Shown here piece after piece: positions 22,906-31,596 of a stretch of 32,000 nt of DNA (positions are counted from its first letter, which is position 1; each line of letters begins with the position of its first letter). The notes below the pieces were generated by a model. The model worked only from the letters and a program-made list of their open reading frames with translations. It made no database searches and was not told the origin of the DNA. The stretch spans positions 540,001 through 572,000 of the forward strand of contig OY970322.1 in the NCBI GenBank assembly GCA_963716945.1, in the 5' to 3' direction. A program made the position numbers and the translations under genes. Origin of the DNA: Candidatus Saccharimonadota bacterium (GTDB taxonomy: Bacteria > Patescibacteriota > Saccharimonadia > Saccharimonadales > UBA4665).

Positions 22906-24276
22906 CTAGAACAAAGAGTAGACGGCAGCTACGCCGGCACCGGTCATGATCAAAGCCAGGAACCAGCCGAGGCCGGCCGAAAGTTTGCCGTTTTTCCACT
23001 CCCCCATAACCCGCCTGTTGCGGGCGATGAGCAGGATCAGGACTAATATGACGGGCGCTACCATGCCGTTGAGGACGGCCGAGTAAATAAGCGCTTTGAT
23101 GGGGTTGAGGCCGACGAAGTTCAGCCCCAGACCGACCAGCATCGAAATAATAATCACGCCGTAGAAAGCGTAGCCTTGCTTGAGTTTGTTGTTCAGGCCC
23201 TGCCTCTTGCCCATGCTCTCGCTGATGGCGTAGGCGCTCGAAGCCGCCAGTACCGGTATGGCCAGCAGTCCCATACCCAAAATGCCGATGGCAAATAGCC
23301 AATAGGTGGCGTTGCCGGCGAACGGGCGCAAAGCCTGGGCCGCCTGGGCCGCCGTGGTTATATCGGTCGAACCGTGGACAAACAGCACGCTGGCACAAGC
23401 GGCAATAATGAAGAACATGACCACGTTTGACAGGAACATGCCCGACCAAACGTCAATCCGCATCTTCTTGACTTCGTCAGCCGTGGCACCCATGCGCTGT
23501 TTAATAGTGACTTGGCCGACGGCAATTTCCTCTTCTATTTCCTGGGAAGTTTGCCAGAAGAAAAGGTATGGCGTGACTGTCGTGCCGAGGATGGCACAGA
23601 TCAGCAGCAGTTGCTGTTTGCTGAACGTGACGCGCGGCAGAACGGAATTTTTGATAACCGTATGCCAGTCCGGATGGGCTAAGACGGCTGACAGGATATA
23701 AGCGAATAGTATCAAAGCCAGCCACTTAAGGTAGCGAGCGTACTTAACATAGGGCGTAAATATCTGCAGCAAGAGTATAAACAGCGTCAAGCCGACAACC
23801 AGGATAGCAAAATTAGCCCCCGGCTTCAGCAGCTGCACGGCGTTAGCCATAGCGCCGATGTCGGCGCCGATGTTAAAAGTGTTGGCGGCGAACAGGAAAA
23901 GGGTGCTCAGGTAGAGGACCCTTTTGCCAAAATGGGTACGGATATTGCCGGCCAGCCCCCGGCCGGTCACCAGGCCGATCCGGGCGCACATTTCCTGGAT
24001 AACGGCCATCAAGGGGAAAGTAAACGCCGACAGCCACAGCAGCCCGAAGCCGTACTGGGCGCCGGTTTGCGAATAAGTGGCAATGCCGGATGGGTCGTCG
24101 TCCGAAGCGCCGGTTGTCAGGCCGGGCCCCAGCAAGTACCAGTAATCTTTAGCTTTCTTGAGCGGCTCATGGCCGGTTATGGGCATGTTTTTGGCGATTT
24201 TCTGGCCGCCCTCGACGCCATACTGAAGCGCCTTGGCGGGAGCTTCTATAGTTCTCTCTATAGTGTGTTTTTTCAT
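22906..24276 (-). CDS. NRAMP-family divalent metal cation transporter
   Basis: GPGLTTGASDDDPSGIATYSQTGAQYGF is the signature N-terminal NRAMP block; about 11 hydrophobic segments follow. Confidence 0.85.
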   Translation of the reverse strand: MKKHTIERTIEAPAKALQYGVEGGQKIAKNMPITGHEPLKKAKDYWYLLGPGLTTGASDDDPSGIATYSQTGAQYGFGLLWLSAFTFPLMAVIQEMCARIGLVTGRGLAGNIRTHFGKRVLYLSTLFLFAANTFNIGADIGAMANAVQLLKPGANFAILVVGLTLFILLLQIFTPYVKYARYLKWLALILFAYILSAVLAHPDWHTVIKNSVLPRVTFSKQQLLLICAILGTTVTPYLFFWQTSQEIEEEIAVGQVTIKQRMGATADEVKKMRIDVWSGMFLSNVVMFFIIAACASVLFVHGSTDITTAAQAAQALRPFAGNATYWLFAIGILGMGLLAIPVLAASSAYAISESMGKRQGLNNKLKQGYAFYGVIIISMLVGLGLNFVGLNPIKALIYSAVLNGMVAPVILVLILLIARNRRVMGEWKNGKLSAGLGWFLALIMTGAGVAAVYSLF

Positions 24277-24314
24277 GTTGGAGTTTTCTATATATTAACA
24301 GGACCGAGCGGGAT

Positions 24315-24920
24315 TTAGAAGCCCTTGCCGTAATAGTACCAGAAGTGTTTGAGAATCAGGCCGATGATTATTATGAACCAGGCTACCAGGATATCAAGAT
24401 GGTGCCGCCGGATCCAGACGTAGGTTGCCGTCGCCGTGCCCTTAGGCAGACGCAAATGTTTCCGGTCGATGTTGTAAAGCGTGACATACCAGAAGATGGT
24501 TATCGTCACGACGTCTATGGCCAGACAGTAAGGGCATAGGGCGTGGATCCGGTAGACGCTTTCACAGAGCAGCCAGTAAGCAAAGGTAAGCCCCAAGGCG
24601 ATGCCGGCGTTCAGCGTGAGCCAGAACCAGCGCTTGAAGCGGGCGCCGGCCAGCATGGCGAGGCCGATAGCGGCCAGTACGGGGTATGCTCCCAGGCCGA
24701 TAAACGGATTGGGAAAGCCGAACACATTGGCCTGTTTGCTCTGCATGACGCTGCCGCAGCTGATAATGGGATTCAGGCTGCAAGACGGTATATAGCCGGG
24801 GTTTTTCAGGATCTGGATTTTGTCGAACATGATGACAAACGAGCACGCGTAACCAATCAGGCCGACTATCAATAGGAGGTAGGGCAGCGTTTTTTCAAGG
24901 CTCAGATTCTTGCTGGTCAT
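24315..24920 (-). CDS. Vitamin K epoxide reductase (VKOR) family protein
   Basis: A loop Cys pair (CSLNPIISCGSV) and a CPYC redox motif in the last TM region, in a 4-5 TM layout. Confidence 0.8.
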   Translation of the reverse strand: MTSKNLSLEKTLPYLLLIVGLIGYACSFVIMFDKIQILKNPGYIPSCSLNPIISCGSVMQSKQANVFGFPNPFIGLGAYPVLAAIGLAMLAGARFKRWFWLTLNAGIALGLTFAYWLLCESVYRIHALCPYCLAIDVVTITIFWYVTLYNIDRKHLRLPKGTATATYVWIRRHHLDILVAWFIIIIGLILKHFWYYYGKGF

Positions 24921-24929
24921 CCAGGCCTA

Positions 24930-24938
24930 ATTATAGCA
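24930..24938 (-). promoter_or_regulatory. Extended -10 element TGCTATAAT, 9 nt upstream of the VKOR ATG
   Basis: The minus strand reads cttTTGCTATAATtaggcctggATG. There is no SD. Confidence 0.45.
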
Positions 24939-24950
24939 AAAGAACAAGCT

Positions 24951-26123
24951 TTACTCGGCGCATTGCCCGGTGCCGACATAGCGGTTCTGGGCGGCCGCTT
25001 GCCGGATCTCGGTTTTGACCTGGCCGGCGGTTAAGGCGTAACCCACCTGCTGGTAAGTTGATGACCTGGCAAAAACGACACCGATGACACTGCCATCTCC
25101 CGTTATCAACGGGCCGCCGGAGTTGCCCGGCATGACGTTGGCTTTGATTTCGTAAACGTCGCGGTCGGTGTTGCCCTGGCCATAGATATCACGGCCGGTG
25201 GCGGTGAATTCGTCAAGCAAAGTCGCGGTGTCGGCCGTGAACGGGCCGCCGCCGGGATAGCCGAGGACGGCTGCCGCCGTACCGGCGCCGACCTGGTCGC
25301 TACTGATCCGCAGCGGGTGGCCGGCCAGGTTGTCAACCCGTAGTACGGCGAAGTCCAGATTGGGGTCGAACCAGATGACAGTCGCCCCATGCGTGCCGTT
25401 GCCATCGTGCACGTAAGGCCAGCGGATGCCGGCCACGACATGCGCATTGGTGGCTACCTCATCCGGCCCGACGACGAAACCCGAACCTTCAATTATGCCG
25501 CCGCAGCCCTGCCCTTCGACCTTGACTACCGAAGCCCGGTCGTTATTCACGGCCGTTTGCAGGTTGCCAAACGAAGGCGTACTGACATTAGCCGGCGGGC
25601 TGGGTTCGCTGCCGACGAAAACCTGCGGAAAGCCGTTAGGGTCAATTAAGTGTCCCAATCCGGCAATCAATACCGGCGCCGCCGGTAAGTCGTCGTTCAG
25701 CGTAGTCAGGATTCGGGAGTCTCGCAGGTCCGACTGGAGCGCCGGAAACGGCAGCGCGCCGGCGGCGGATGCCATTAGCCAGGCCGTCAGCAGCAAGGTC
25801 ACTGCCCCAAGCAGGGCGCCCAGTCCATTATCAAGTTTGTTCACCCGTTGCAGCCGCAGCCGTACGCGGCGCTTAAGGCGCATCCCCAGGTACTCGCCCA
25901 CGCTTAGCAATATCAGAGCGCAGCCGAGCGTTGTCACCAACGTGACTATGACGCGGGCGGTTTGACTATGGACAAGGTTGACGGTATGGGGCTCCAGCCA
26001 GGCCCCCAAAAACAGACCGCCGAAAAAGCCGGCCGTCGAACCGATTTGCCTGACAAAGCCAATATCGCGGCCCCGCACCATAGCGCTGAGCGCGAACAGG
26101 GTGATTAAGATATCAAATAACAT
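24951..26123 (-). CDS. CvpA-family membrane domain fused to a trypsin-like serine protease (MarP-like architecture)
   Basis: Four N-terminal TM helices. The S1 triad context is TNAHVV (His), DFAVLRV (Asp) and GNSGGPL (Ser). Confidence 0.8.
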   Translation of the reverse strand: MLFDILITLFALSAMVRGRDIGFVRQIGSTAGFFGGLFLGAWLEPHTVNLVHSQTARVIVTLVTTLGCALILLSVGEYLGMRLKRRVRLRLQRVNKLDNGLGALLGAVTLLLTAWLMASAAGALPFPALQSDLRDSRILTTLNDDLPAAPVLIAGLGHLIDPNGFPQVFVGSEPSPPANVSTPSFGNLQTAVNNDRASVVKVEGQGCGGIIEGSGFVVGPDEVATNAHVVAGIRWPYVHDGNGTHGATVIWFDPNLDFAVLRVDNLAGHPLRISSDQVGAGTAAAVLGYPGGGPFTADTATLLDEFTATGRDIYGQGNTDRDVYEIKANVMPGNSGGPLITGDGSVIGVVFARSSTYQQVGYALTAGQVKTEIRQAAAQNRYVGTGQCAE

Positions 26124-26132
26124 CTTTAACGC

Positions 26133-27023
26133 TTAGAAATGGCCGCGTACCAGACCGAGTAGGAGCATCGCTAAGCTGGCGCCCAGACAATAGATCGCGA
26201 ACGGTCTCAGGGTCTTGTTTTGGAAATATTTATCGAGGTAGCGGACTGTCAGGTAGGCCGCTACGCCCGCGGCCAGGCCGCCGACCAGGATCTGGCTGCG
26301 CACACCGGCGTCAAGGTTACTGAAAAAATCAGGCAGTTTAACCAGGCCGGCGCCAAATATAATCGGTGTCGCCAGCAGGAACGAAAACCGGGCCGCGTCT
26401 TCGTGGTCCAAGCCGCTATACATGCCGCTGACCATCGTAATGCCGGAGCGGCTGATGCCGGCGAAGAGGGCGCCGATCTGGGCGATGCCGATAATGACGG
26501 CCCGCTTAAGTGTCAGCTTGGCGCTTACGTTCTCGGTGGTGGTCGATTGCTTGTAGGACTGGCGCCGGCGGGAAGCGTTTTTGATGTGGTAGTCCCCGAG
26601 CAGCAGAATACAGCCGTTGATAAATAGAAAAATAATCGCCGACAAGGGTTTGGCGAACTGTGTCCGCAACTCGTGTTCGAAGGCCAGGCCGGTAATACCG
26701 GCCGGAATGGTCGCCGCAATCAACAGCCAGGCCAAGCGGGCATCCGGGTTGTCAATCCGTCGGGTGTTTAAGGAGCCGAAAAACCCTTTAATGATCCGCC
26801 ACCAGGTAGCCCGGTAGAAGATTAGCAAAGCCGTTGCGGTGGCGACATGCAAGACGACCACGAAAGACAAGAAGAAGGATTCGCTCTTGCTCTGGTCGAC
26901 TAACAGGACGTGCCAGTTCAGCAGCCAAGGTACAAGCACCGAATGGCCCAGGCTGGAAACCGGAAACAGTTCGCTGACGCCTTGCAGCAGACCCATGATG
27001 ATCGCTTGGAGGTAAGTAATCAT
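26133..27023 (-). CDS. uppP: Undecaprenyl-diphosphate phosphatase
   Basis: LQGVSELFPVSSLGH, the SRSG motif (GISRSGITM), and an 8-TM BacA/UppP layout. Confidence 0.9.
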   Translation of the reverse strand: MITYLQAIIMGLLQGVSELFPVSSLGHSVLVPWLLNWHVLLVDQSKSESFFLSFVVVLHVATATALLIFYRATWWRIIKGFFGSLNTRRIDNPDARLAWLLIAATIPAGITGLAFEHELRTQFAKPLSAIIFLFINGCILLLGDYHIKNASRRRQSYKQSTTTENVSAKLTLKRAVIIGIAQIGALFAGISRSGITMVSGMYSGLDHEDAARFSFLLATPIIFGAGLVKLPDFFSNLDAGVRSQILVGGLAAGVAAYLTVRYLDKYFQNKTLRPFAIYCLGASLAMLLLGLVRGHF

Positions 27024-27030
27024 AAGCCTA

Positions 27031-27039
27031 AGTTTAGCA
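27031..27039 (-). promoter_or_regulatory. Extended -10 element TGCTAAACT, 7 nt upstream of the uppP ATG
   Basis: The minus strand reads aatTTGCTAAACTtaggcttATG. There is no SD. Confidence 0.35.
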
Positions 27040-27052
27040 AATTATGACGGCT

Positions 27053-28468
27053 TTAGCTCGTTCCCGCGTGCGGACCGCGGCTGCCGGGCTCATAGAATAA
27101 CAAGTCGTCGGACTGCTTGGCCCAGTTGTCCAATGTCGGCTGGACGATGCGCCAGCTGTCCAGGACTTCCCGGCTGGTAGCGAACAGCGTATGGTCGCCA
27201 CGTACGGCGTCGACCAGTACCCTTTCGTAGGCATTAGGGTGGCCATGGTTGTCAAAGTCTTTGCGGTAGGAGAAATCCATGACGGTCGTCTGCAAAGCCT
27301 GGCTATAACCGGGCTTCTTGGTCGCCAGGTCCAGCTCGATCCCCTCGTCGGGCTGAATCCGGAAGCGCAGCTGGTTGCTGGCGGCCTCTGGCGTACCATG
27401 GAAAGTTACGCATATCTCGGTCTTGCGCTCGTCAAGGGCCTTGCCCGTCAAGAGAGTGAAAGGTACTTTCCGCCAGCGTTCATTATCTATAAAAACGGTA
27501 ATCGAAGCATAAGTTTCGGTTGACGATTCCGGGTTATCGACTTCCTGGCGGTAACCCTCATATTGGCCTCGGACCACGCTTGCCGACGGCCCGTCGCCTA
27601 CCGGCTCGACCTTTTCCAGCAGCGCCTGTTTAGCGGCGTGGATATGCTCGCTGTCAAACGCTTCCGGCTCATCCATGGCAACAATGCCCAGGATTTGCAG
27701 CAGGTGGCTCTGGATGAGGTCGCGCAGCGCACCTAGCGGTTCATAGAAAGCCTTACGGCCCTCAATGCCGATTTTCTCTTTGGCGCTGATCTCGATGCCG
27801 GCGATATGCCGGCGGTTCCACAGGGCTTCGAAGATCGGGTTGCGGAAGCGGAAAGTCAGGATGTTTTGGACGGTTTCTTTGGCCATGTAGTGGTCGATCC
27901 GGAAAATCTGTTCCTCGTCAAAAACGGCCGCGATTTCATCAATTAGCTGGCGGGCCGACTTTAGGTCGAATCCGAACGGCTTTTCGACCAGCAGCCGGGT
28001 CACTGCCCGGTCGTGCTGGCAGCTGGCGTTAAGGCCCCGTTCGCCCATTAAGCGGACGACGTCCAGGTAAGCTTGCGGAGGTATGGACAAGTAGTAGAGC
28101 CGGTTCATGCAGACGCCCTTTTGATCCTCCAAAGCATTGAGCTTGGCCAGCAAGGCGTCATAGGCTTCGGGGTCGTCGAGGTCCATTTGGAACATGCCGG
28201 TCCGCTCGTGCATGGCCTTCAGGGCCACAGGGTCGCAAACCTTGTCGACTTCGTTGACGCAAAGTTCGACCTTCTCAAACAATTCTTCGGTCGTCGTGGT
28301 ACCCCGCGTGATGCCGACTATTTCCGTCTTTTCATCGAGCAAGCCATCCTTAATCAGGTGATAAAGCGCCGGCAGCAAATAGCGCTGCGCCAGATCGCCG
28401 GTAATGCCGAAAATAACGATTATAGCCGGTTCCAGATGGGGATTTTGGTCTGGGCCGGCCTGGCTCAT
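27053..28468 (-). CDS. zwf: Glucose-6-phosphate dehydrogenase
   Basis: FGITGDLAQRYLLPALY (NADP-binding N-terminus) and RIDHYMAKE (active-site motif). The start shares an ATGA overlap with pgl. Confidence 0.93.
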   Translation of the reverse strand: MSQAGPDQNPHLEPAIIVIFGITGDLAQRYLLPALYHLIKDGLLDEKTEIVGITRGTTTTEELFEKVELCVNEVDKVCDPVALKAMHERTGMFQMDLDDPEAYDALLAKLNALEDQKGVCMNRLYYLSIPPQAYLDVVRLMGERGLNASCQHDRAVTRLLVEKPFGFDLKSARQLIDEIAAVFDEEQIFRIDHYMAKETVQNILTFRFRNPIFEALWNRRHIAGIEISAKEKIGIEGRKAFYEPLGALRDLIQSHLLQILGIVAMDEPEAFDSEHIHAAKQALLEKVEPVGDGPSASVVRGQYEGYRQEVDNPESSTETYASITVFIDNERWRKVPFTLLTGKALDERKTEICVTFHGTPEAASNQLRFRIQPDEGIELDLATKKPGYSQALQTTVMDFSYRKDFDNHGHPNAYERVLVDAVRGDHTLFATSREVLDSWRIVQPTLDNWAKQSDDLLFYEPGSRGPHAGTS

Positions 28469-29139
28469 CGGTTGTCTCCGAACTGGTCGCTGTAGAAGTA
28501 GGCCTCGGGCAGCTGTTTCAGGATTTGGGCAGGCTGCCGGTTAAGCGGTATTGATTGAGTTTGGAGTTTTTTCAACTCTTGGCGCTTGGTGTCGCCGAAG
28601 GCGAAGACGTAAGCGGCGCTGACCCGCCGCAAGGCGGTGAAAGTCAAGGTCAGACGCGTAAGAGGTTCGCTCTGGTAGCCTACGGCCAAAGCGTCGGTTT
28701 CGTCGGCAGCCGGCGAACCCGGCAAAATGCCGGCTATGTGGCCGTCGGCCCCGACGCCGAGCTGCGCGATAATCACCTGGTTAGCGTCAAAAGCCCGGCC
28801 CGCTATCTGGTTATAACGCACGATCGTTTGGTCAAAATCCAAGCCGGCTTCCAGAACCGGCAGCAGGGTCGCGTCTCCGCCTTCAAAACCGGCCTTCATC
28901 AGCTGGGCCCAATTAGACTCGGGGTGGCCCGGCTCACCGTAGCGCTCGTCAATCAGCATGACGCTCAGTTTAGCCCTCAGCCTCTCGGGGATATTGCCCA
29001 TGATCTGGACGCTGGGCATGACGTTCGAGCCGCCGCTGACCAGCCAAAGTACCTGCCGGCCGCCGGCCAGCTCACGGACCAGTCTTTCGGTCAAATCGGC
29101 CACGCCATCCTCCCAGCCGGCCGTTAGGATATATTTCAT
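28465..29139 (-). CDS. pgl: 6-phosphogluconolactonase
   Basis: VLWLVSGGSNV, DERY, and the sugar-phosphate isomerase/lactonase pattern, located upstream of zwf. The ATG at 29139 is preferred because the track ORF start (29283) overlaps purA by 122 nt. Confidence 0.8.
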   Translation of the reverse strand: MKYILTAGWEDGVADLTERLVRELAGGRQVLWLVSGGSNVMPSVQIMGNIPERLRAKLSVMLIDERYGEPGHPESNWAQLMKAGFEGGDATLLPVLEAGLDFDQTIVRYNQIAGRAFDANQVIIAQLGVGADGHIAGILPGSPAADETDALAVGYQSEPLTRLTLTFTALRRVSAAYVFAFGDTKRQELKKLQTQSIPLNRQPAQILKQLPEAYFYSDQFGDNR

Positions 29140-29146
29140 AACTAAT

Positions 29147-29155
29147 ACTATAGCA
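29147..29155 (-). promoter_or_regulatory. Extended -10 element TGCTATAGT, 7 nt upstream of the pgl ATG at 29139
   Basis: The minus strand reads gcggttTGCTATAGTattagttATG. There is no SD. Confidence 0.45.
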
Positions 29156-29161
29156 AACCGC

Positions 29162-30457
29162 TTACTTGAAGATGACCTGTTGGCGCAGGGGGCCGACGCC
29201 GATTCTGGTGACCGGCACGCCCAATTCGGTTTCGAAGAGTTCGACAAAAGCCTTGGCTTCGGGCGGCAGCTCTTGATAGTCACGGACGCCGCTAAGCTCC
29301 TGTTTCCAAGTCTTTAAATTCTTATAGTTGGGTTCGCATTGGGCCAGGGCCAGGGCTGAAGAGGGCGCCGTCTGGCGGCGCTGGCCACGGTAGGTATAGC
29401 TGGTCGCGACCGGCACCGTCGGGCCGAAACGCGGTACGTGGTCCAGTTTGGAAATAGCCAGTTCGTCGACGCCATTGACAAAGATGGCATTGCGCAGTTC
29501 AACCAGGTCGGGATAGCCGATACGCCGCGGCCGGTTAGTCGTCACGCCGTACTCGCTGTCGGTTTTGCCCAGTGGCCCGCGGATGGCTGTAGCTAATTTC
29601 TCATCGGCTATTTCGGTGACCAGGGGGCCGCCGCCGACGTGCGATTTGACGGCTTTGGTGACGCCGATGACCTTGCCCAAGTACTTAGCCGAGACACCCA
29701 GCCCGTCCAGCAAGCCGCTGACCGTCGTCGAAGACGAAGTAACTGCCGGGTACATGCCGTGGTTAATGTCCAGCCAAAAGGCCTGCGCCCCCTCTGCCAG
29801 CACCCGTTCGCCCCGCCGGAGACGGTCGTTAACTATCTCGGTCGTGTCGGCCATGTAGGGCTTGAGCGTTTCGGCGGCTTTGACCCAGGCTTCGGCTTCG
29901 GCTTGCATGGCGGCCTGGGAACGGCGTTGGGCGGCCGGCACCAGGTCGTTAACCTTTTCGAGGCCTTGGTAGACGCGCTTGAGCAGCATTTTTGGCTCGG
30001 CGATTGATTCCAGCCGGACGCCTTCGCGCAGGTACTTGTCGGCGGCCACGTAAGCGATACCGGATTTCGTGCTGCCTTGCGCGTCCTTGCCGGCTTCGCG
30101 CAAACTATCGAGGATAATGTGGTGCGGCAGAACCAGGTGGGCGGCATCGCTGATAAGCAGGTTTTTGGGCGACACGGACAAGCCGCCGCTGCGGATGGTA
30201 GCCATCTCTTCGATGAGTTTCGGCGGGTCCAGGTAAACGCCGCTGCCGATGATGTTCAGCTTGCCGGGATAAGCTACGCCTGATGGTATCTGGTGCAAAG
30301 CCAGCGGTTCGTCGCCGATTTTGGGTATGACGGTATGGCCGGCGTTGGCACCGCCGTTGGCACGGGCGATAATGGCATAATCACCCGCCACGAGATCGAC
30401 GAAACGGCCTTTGCCCTCGTCGCCCCTCTGCAACCCAACAATCACATCTAAAGGCAT
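29162..30457 (-). CDS. purA: Adenylosuccinate synthetase
   Basis: GLQRGDEGKGRFVD (P-loop), GGANAGHTV, and a full-length PurA pattern. The ATG at 30457 is preferred over the track TTG at 30481, which falls inside the spacer of the candidate promoter. Confidence 0.92.
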   Translation of the reverse strand: MPLDVIVGLQRGDEGKGRFVDLVAGDYAIIARANGGANAGHTVIPKIGDEPLALHQIPSGVAYPGKLNIIGSGVYLDPPKLIEEMATIRSGGLSVSPKNLLISDAAHLVLPHHIILDSLREAGKDAQGSTKSGIAYVAADKYLREGVRLESIAEPKMLLKRVYQGLEKVNDLVPAAQRRSQAAMQAEAEAWVKAAETLKPYMADTTEIVNDRLRRGERVLAEGAQAFWLDINHGMYPAVTSSSTTVSGLLDGLGVSAKYLGKVIGVTKAVKSHVGGGPLVTEIADEKLATAIRGPLGKTDSEYGVTTNRPRRIGYPDLVELRNAIFVNGVDELAISKLDHVPRFGPTVPVATSYTYRGQRRQTAPSSALALAQCEPNYKNLKTWKQELSGVRDYQELPPEAKAFVELFETELGVPVTRIGVGPLRQQVIFK

Positions 30458-30466
30458 ACCTGATAG

Positions 30467-30495
30467 AGCATACCGTTCCAAGCTTGAATAATCAA
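30467..30495 (-). promoter_or_regulatory. Candidate promoter TTGATT-17-TATGCT, with the -10 ending 9 nt before the purA ATG at 30457
   Basis: The minus strand reads ccTTGATTattcaagcttggaacggTATGCTctatcaggtATG. Confidence 0.45.
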
Positions 30496-30497
30496 GG

Positions 30498-31472
30498 TTA
30501 GATCTGGTTTTGGCCTTCGAAAATAGCCGAAAGCGAGTTGCCGCTGGCCACGGCGTCGATGGCGTCGGCTACCAGCTGGGCTACCGACAGGACTTCGATT
30601 TTGTCGGTGATACCTTTGCTGTCGACCGGCACGGTATTGGTAACGATTACCCTCTTGAACGCCGAAGCTTCGATGCGTTCCAAGGCTGTGCCGGATAGGA
30701 TGCCGTGCGTAGCCAGGCCGTAAACTGATTTGGCGCCTTTGTCCTTAAGCATGTCGGCCGCCGCGCAGAACGTGCCGGCCGTGTCAATCATGTCGTCGAC
30801 GATAATGCAGACCCGGCCGCGGACGTTGCCGATCAGCTGTTTGGCTTCGACGCTGTTGTGCTTGGTCGTGGAACGGGTTTTGTGGATGATGGCCATGTCG
30901 GCGCCGAACGAGCTGCTGTAGCGCTCGGTCATCTTGACGCGGCCGGCGTCCGGTGACACGAAGACGATGTCGTTGCCGAAGTTGTCTTTGATGTACTTCT
31001 TGAATAACGGCATGGCGATCAAATGGTCGAACGGCCCGTCGAAGAAGCCCTGCGTCTGTCCGGAATGCAGGTCGACGCTCATGATGCGGTCGGCGCCGGC
31101 GGCCGATAACATGTCTACAAGTAAACGGGCCCCGATTGGTTCGCGGCCCGCTGATTTACGATCTTGCCTAGCATAGCTAAGCAAGGGGCACACGGCCGTA
31201 ATGCTGCGGGCGGACGCCCGCTTGGCGGCATCAATCATTAAAAGCTGCTCGAAAATCGATTCGTGGACCCGCGTACCATGGCTCTGAATAATAAAAACGT
31301 CATTGCCGCGCAATGACTCGTTGAAGCGAATGCTGACTTCGCCGTTAGCGAAGTTGCTCACCTTAATATTGCTTAATTTCATGCCCATGCAGGCGGCGAT
31401 TTCGGCGGCCAGTTCGGGATGGGCGCGACCACTAAGCAGCTGCAAGCGATGAGTGGTCCCGACACGATTCAT
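30498..31472 (-). CDS. prs: Ribose-phosphate diphosphokinase (PRPP synthetase)
   Basis: DLHSGQTQGFF, the PRPP-binding loop IIVDDMIDTAGT, and a full-length Prs pattern. Confidence 0.93.
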   Translation of the reverse strand: MNRVGTTHRLQLLSGRAHPELAAEIAACMGMKLSNIKVSNFANGEVSIRFNESLRGNDVFIIQSHGTRVHESIFEQLLMIDAAKRASARSITAVCPLLSYARQDRKSAGREPIGARLLVDMLSAAGADRIMSVDLHSGQTQGFFDGPFDHLIAMPLFKKYIKDNFGNDIVFVSPDAGRVKMTERYSSSFGADMAIIHKTRSTTKHNSVEAKQLIGNVRGRVCIIVDDMIDTAGTFCAAADMLKDKGAKSVYGLATHGILSGTALERIEASAFKRVIVTNTVPVDSKGITDKIEVLSVAQLVADAIDAVASGNSLSAIFEGQNQI

Positions 31473-31478
31473 ATTTCC

Positions 31479-31507
31479 AGTGTAGCTAGCGTGTTCGTCC
31501 TGCGCAA
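31479..31507 (-). promoter_or_regulatory. Candidate promoter TTGCGC-17-TACACT, with the -10 ending 6 nt before the prs ATG
   Basis: The minus strand reads cTTGCGCaggacgaacacgctagcTACACTggaaatATG. Confidence 0.4.
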
Positions 31508-31525
31508 GCCCGGATTATTAAAAAC

Positions 31526-31554
31526 TTGACTTTACACCGATAAAAGCTTAAACT
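31526..31554 (+). promoter_or_regulatory. Candidate promoter TTGACT-17-TAAACT for argG, giving a ~70-nt leader
   Basis: Read directly from the sequence. Unlike most genes here, argG has an SD-like GAGG (31620..31623) 5 nt before the ATG. Confidence 0.45.
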
Positions 31555-31583
31555 TTTGTGTAATTGAGATGATAATTTTGCAA

Positions 31584-31596
31584 AAATGATTCATTT
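31584..31596. repeat. Perfect 13-bp palindrome AAATGA-T-TCATTT in the argG leader; candidate operator
   Basis: Read directly from the sequence, between the candidate argG promoter and the SD. Confidence 0.4.

Noticed and set aside
21679-23449. 253-aa (21679..22440) and 182-aa (22901..23449) minus-strand ORFs
   Set aside because: The first is antisense to the FtsX/MacB permease. The second lies on the NRAMP strand but out of frame within that gene. Neither has recognisable domains or start signals.
25426-29127. Plus-strand ORFs of 179 aa (25426..25965), 135 aa (26220..26627), 110 aa (27191..27523), 140 aa (28073..28495) and 190 aa (28555..29127)
   Set aside because: They are antisense to the MarP-like gene, uppP, zwf and pgl, each of which has diagnostic motifs. 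These are shadow frames.
29140-29283. N-terminal 48-codon extension of the pgl ORF given by the track (start at 29283)
   Set aside because: It would overlap purA by 122 nt, and its sequence (MTIKSCRPKPRLLSNSS...) is unlike lactonases. The ATG at 29139 is preceded by TGCTATAGT-N7 and begins the conserved domain.
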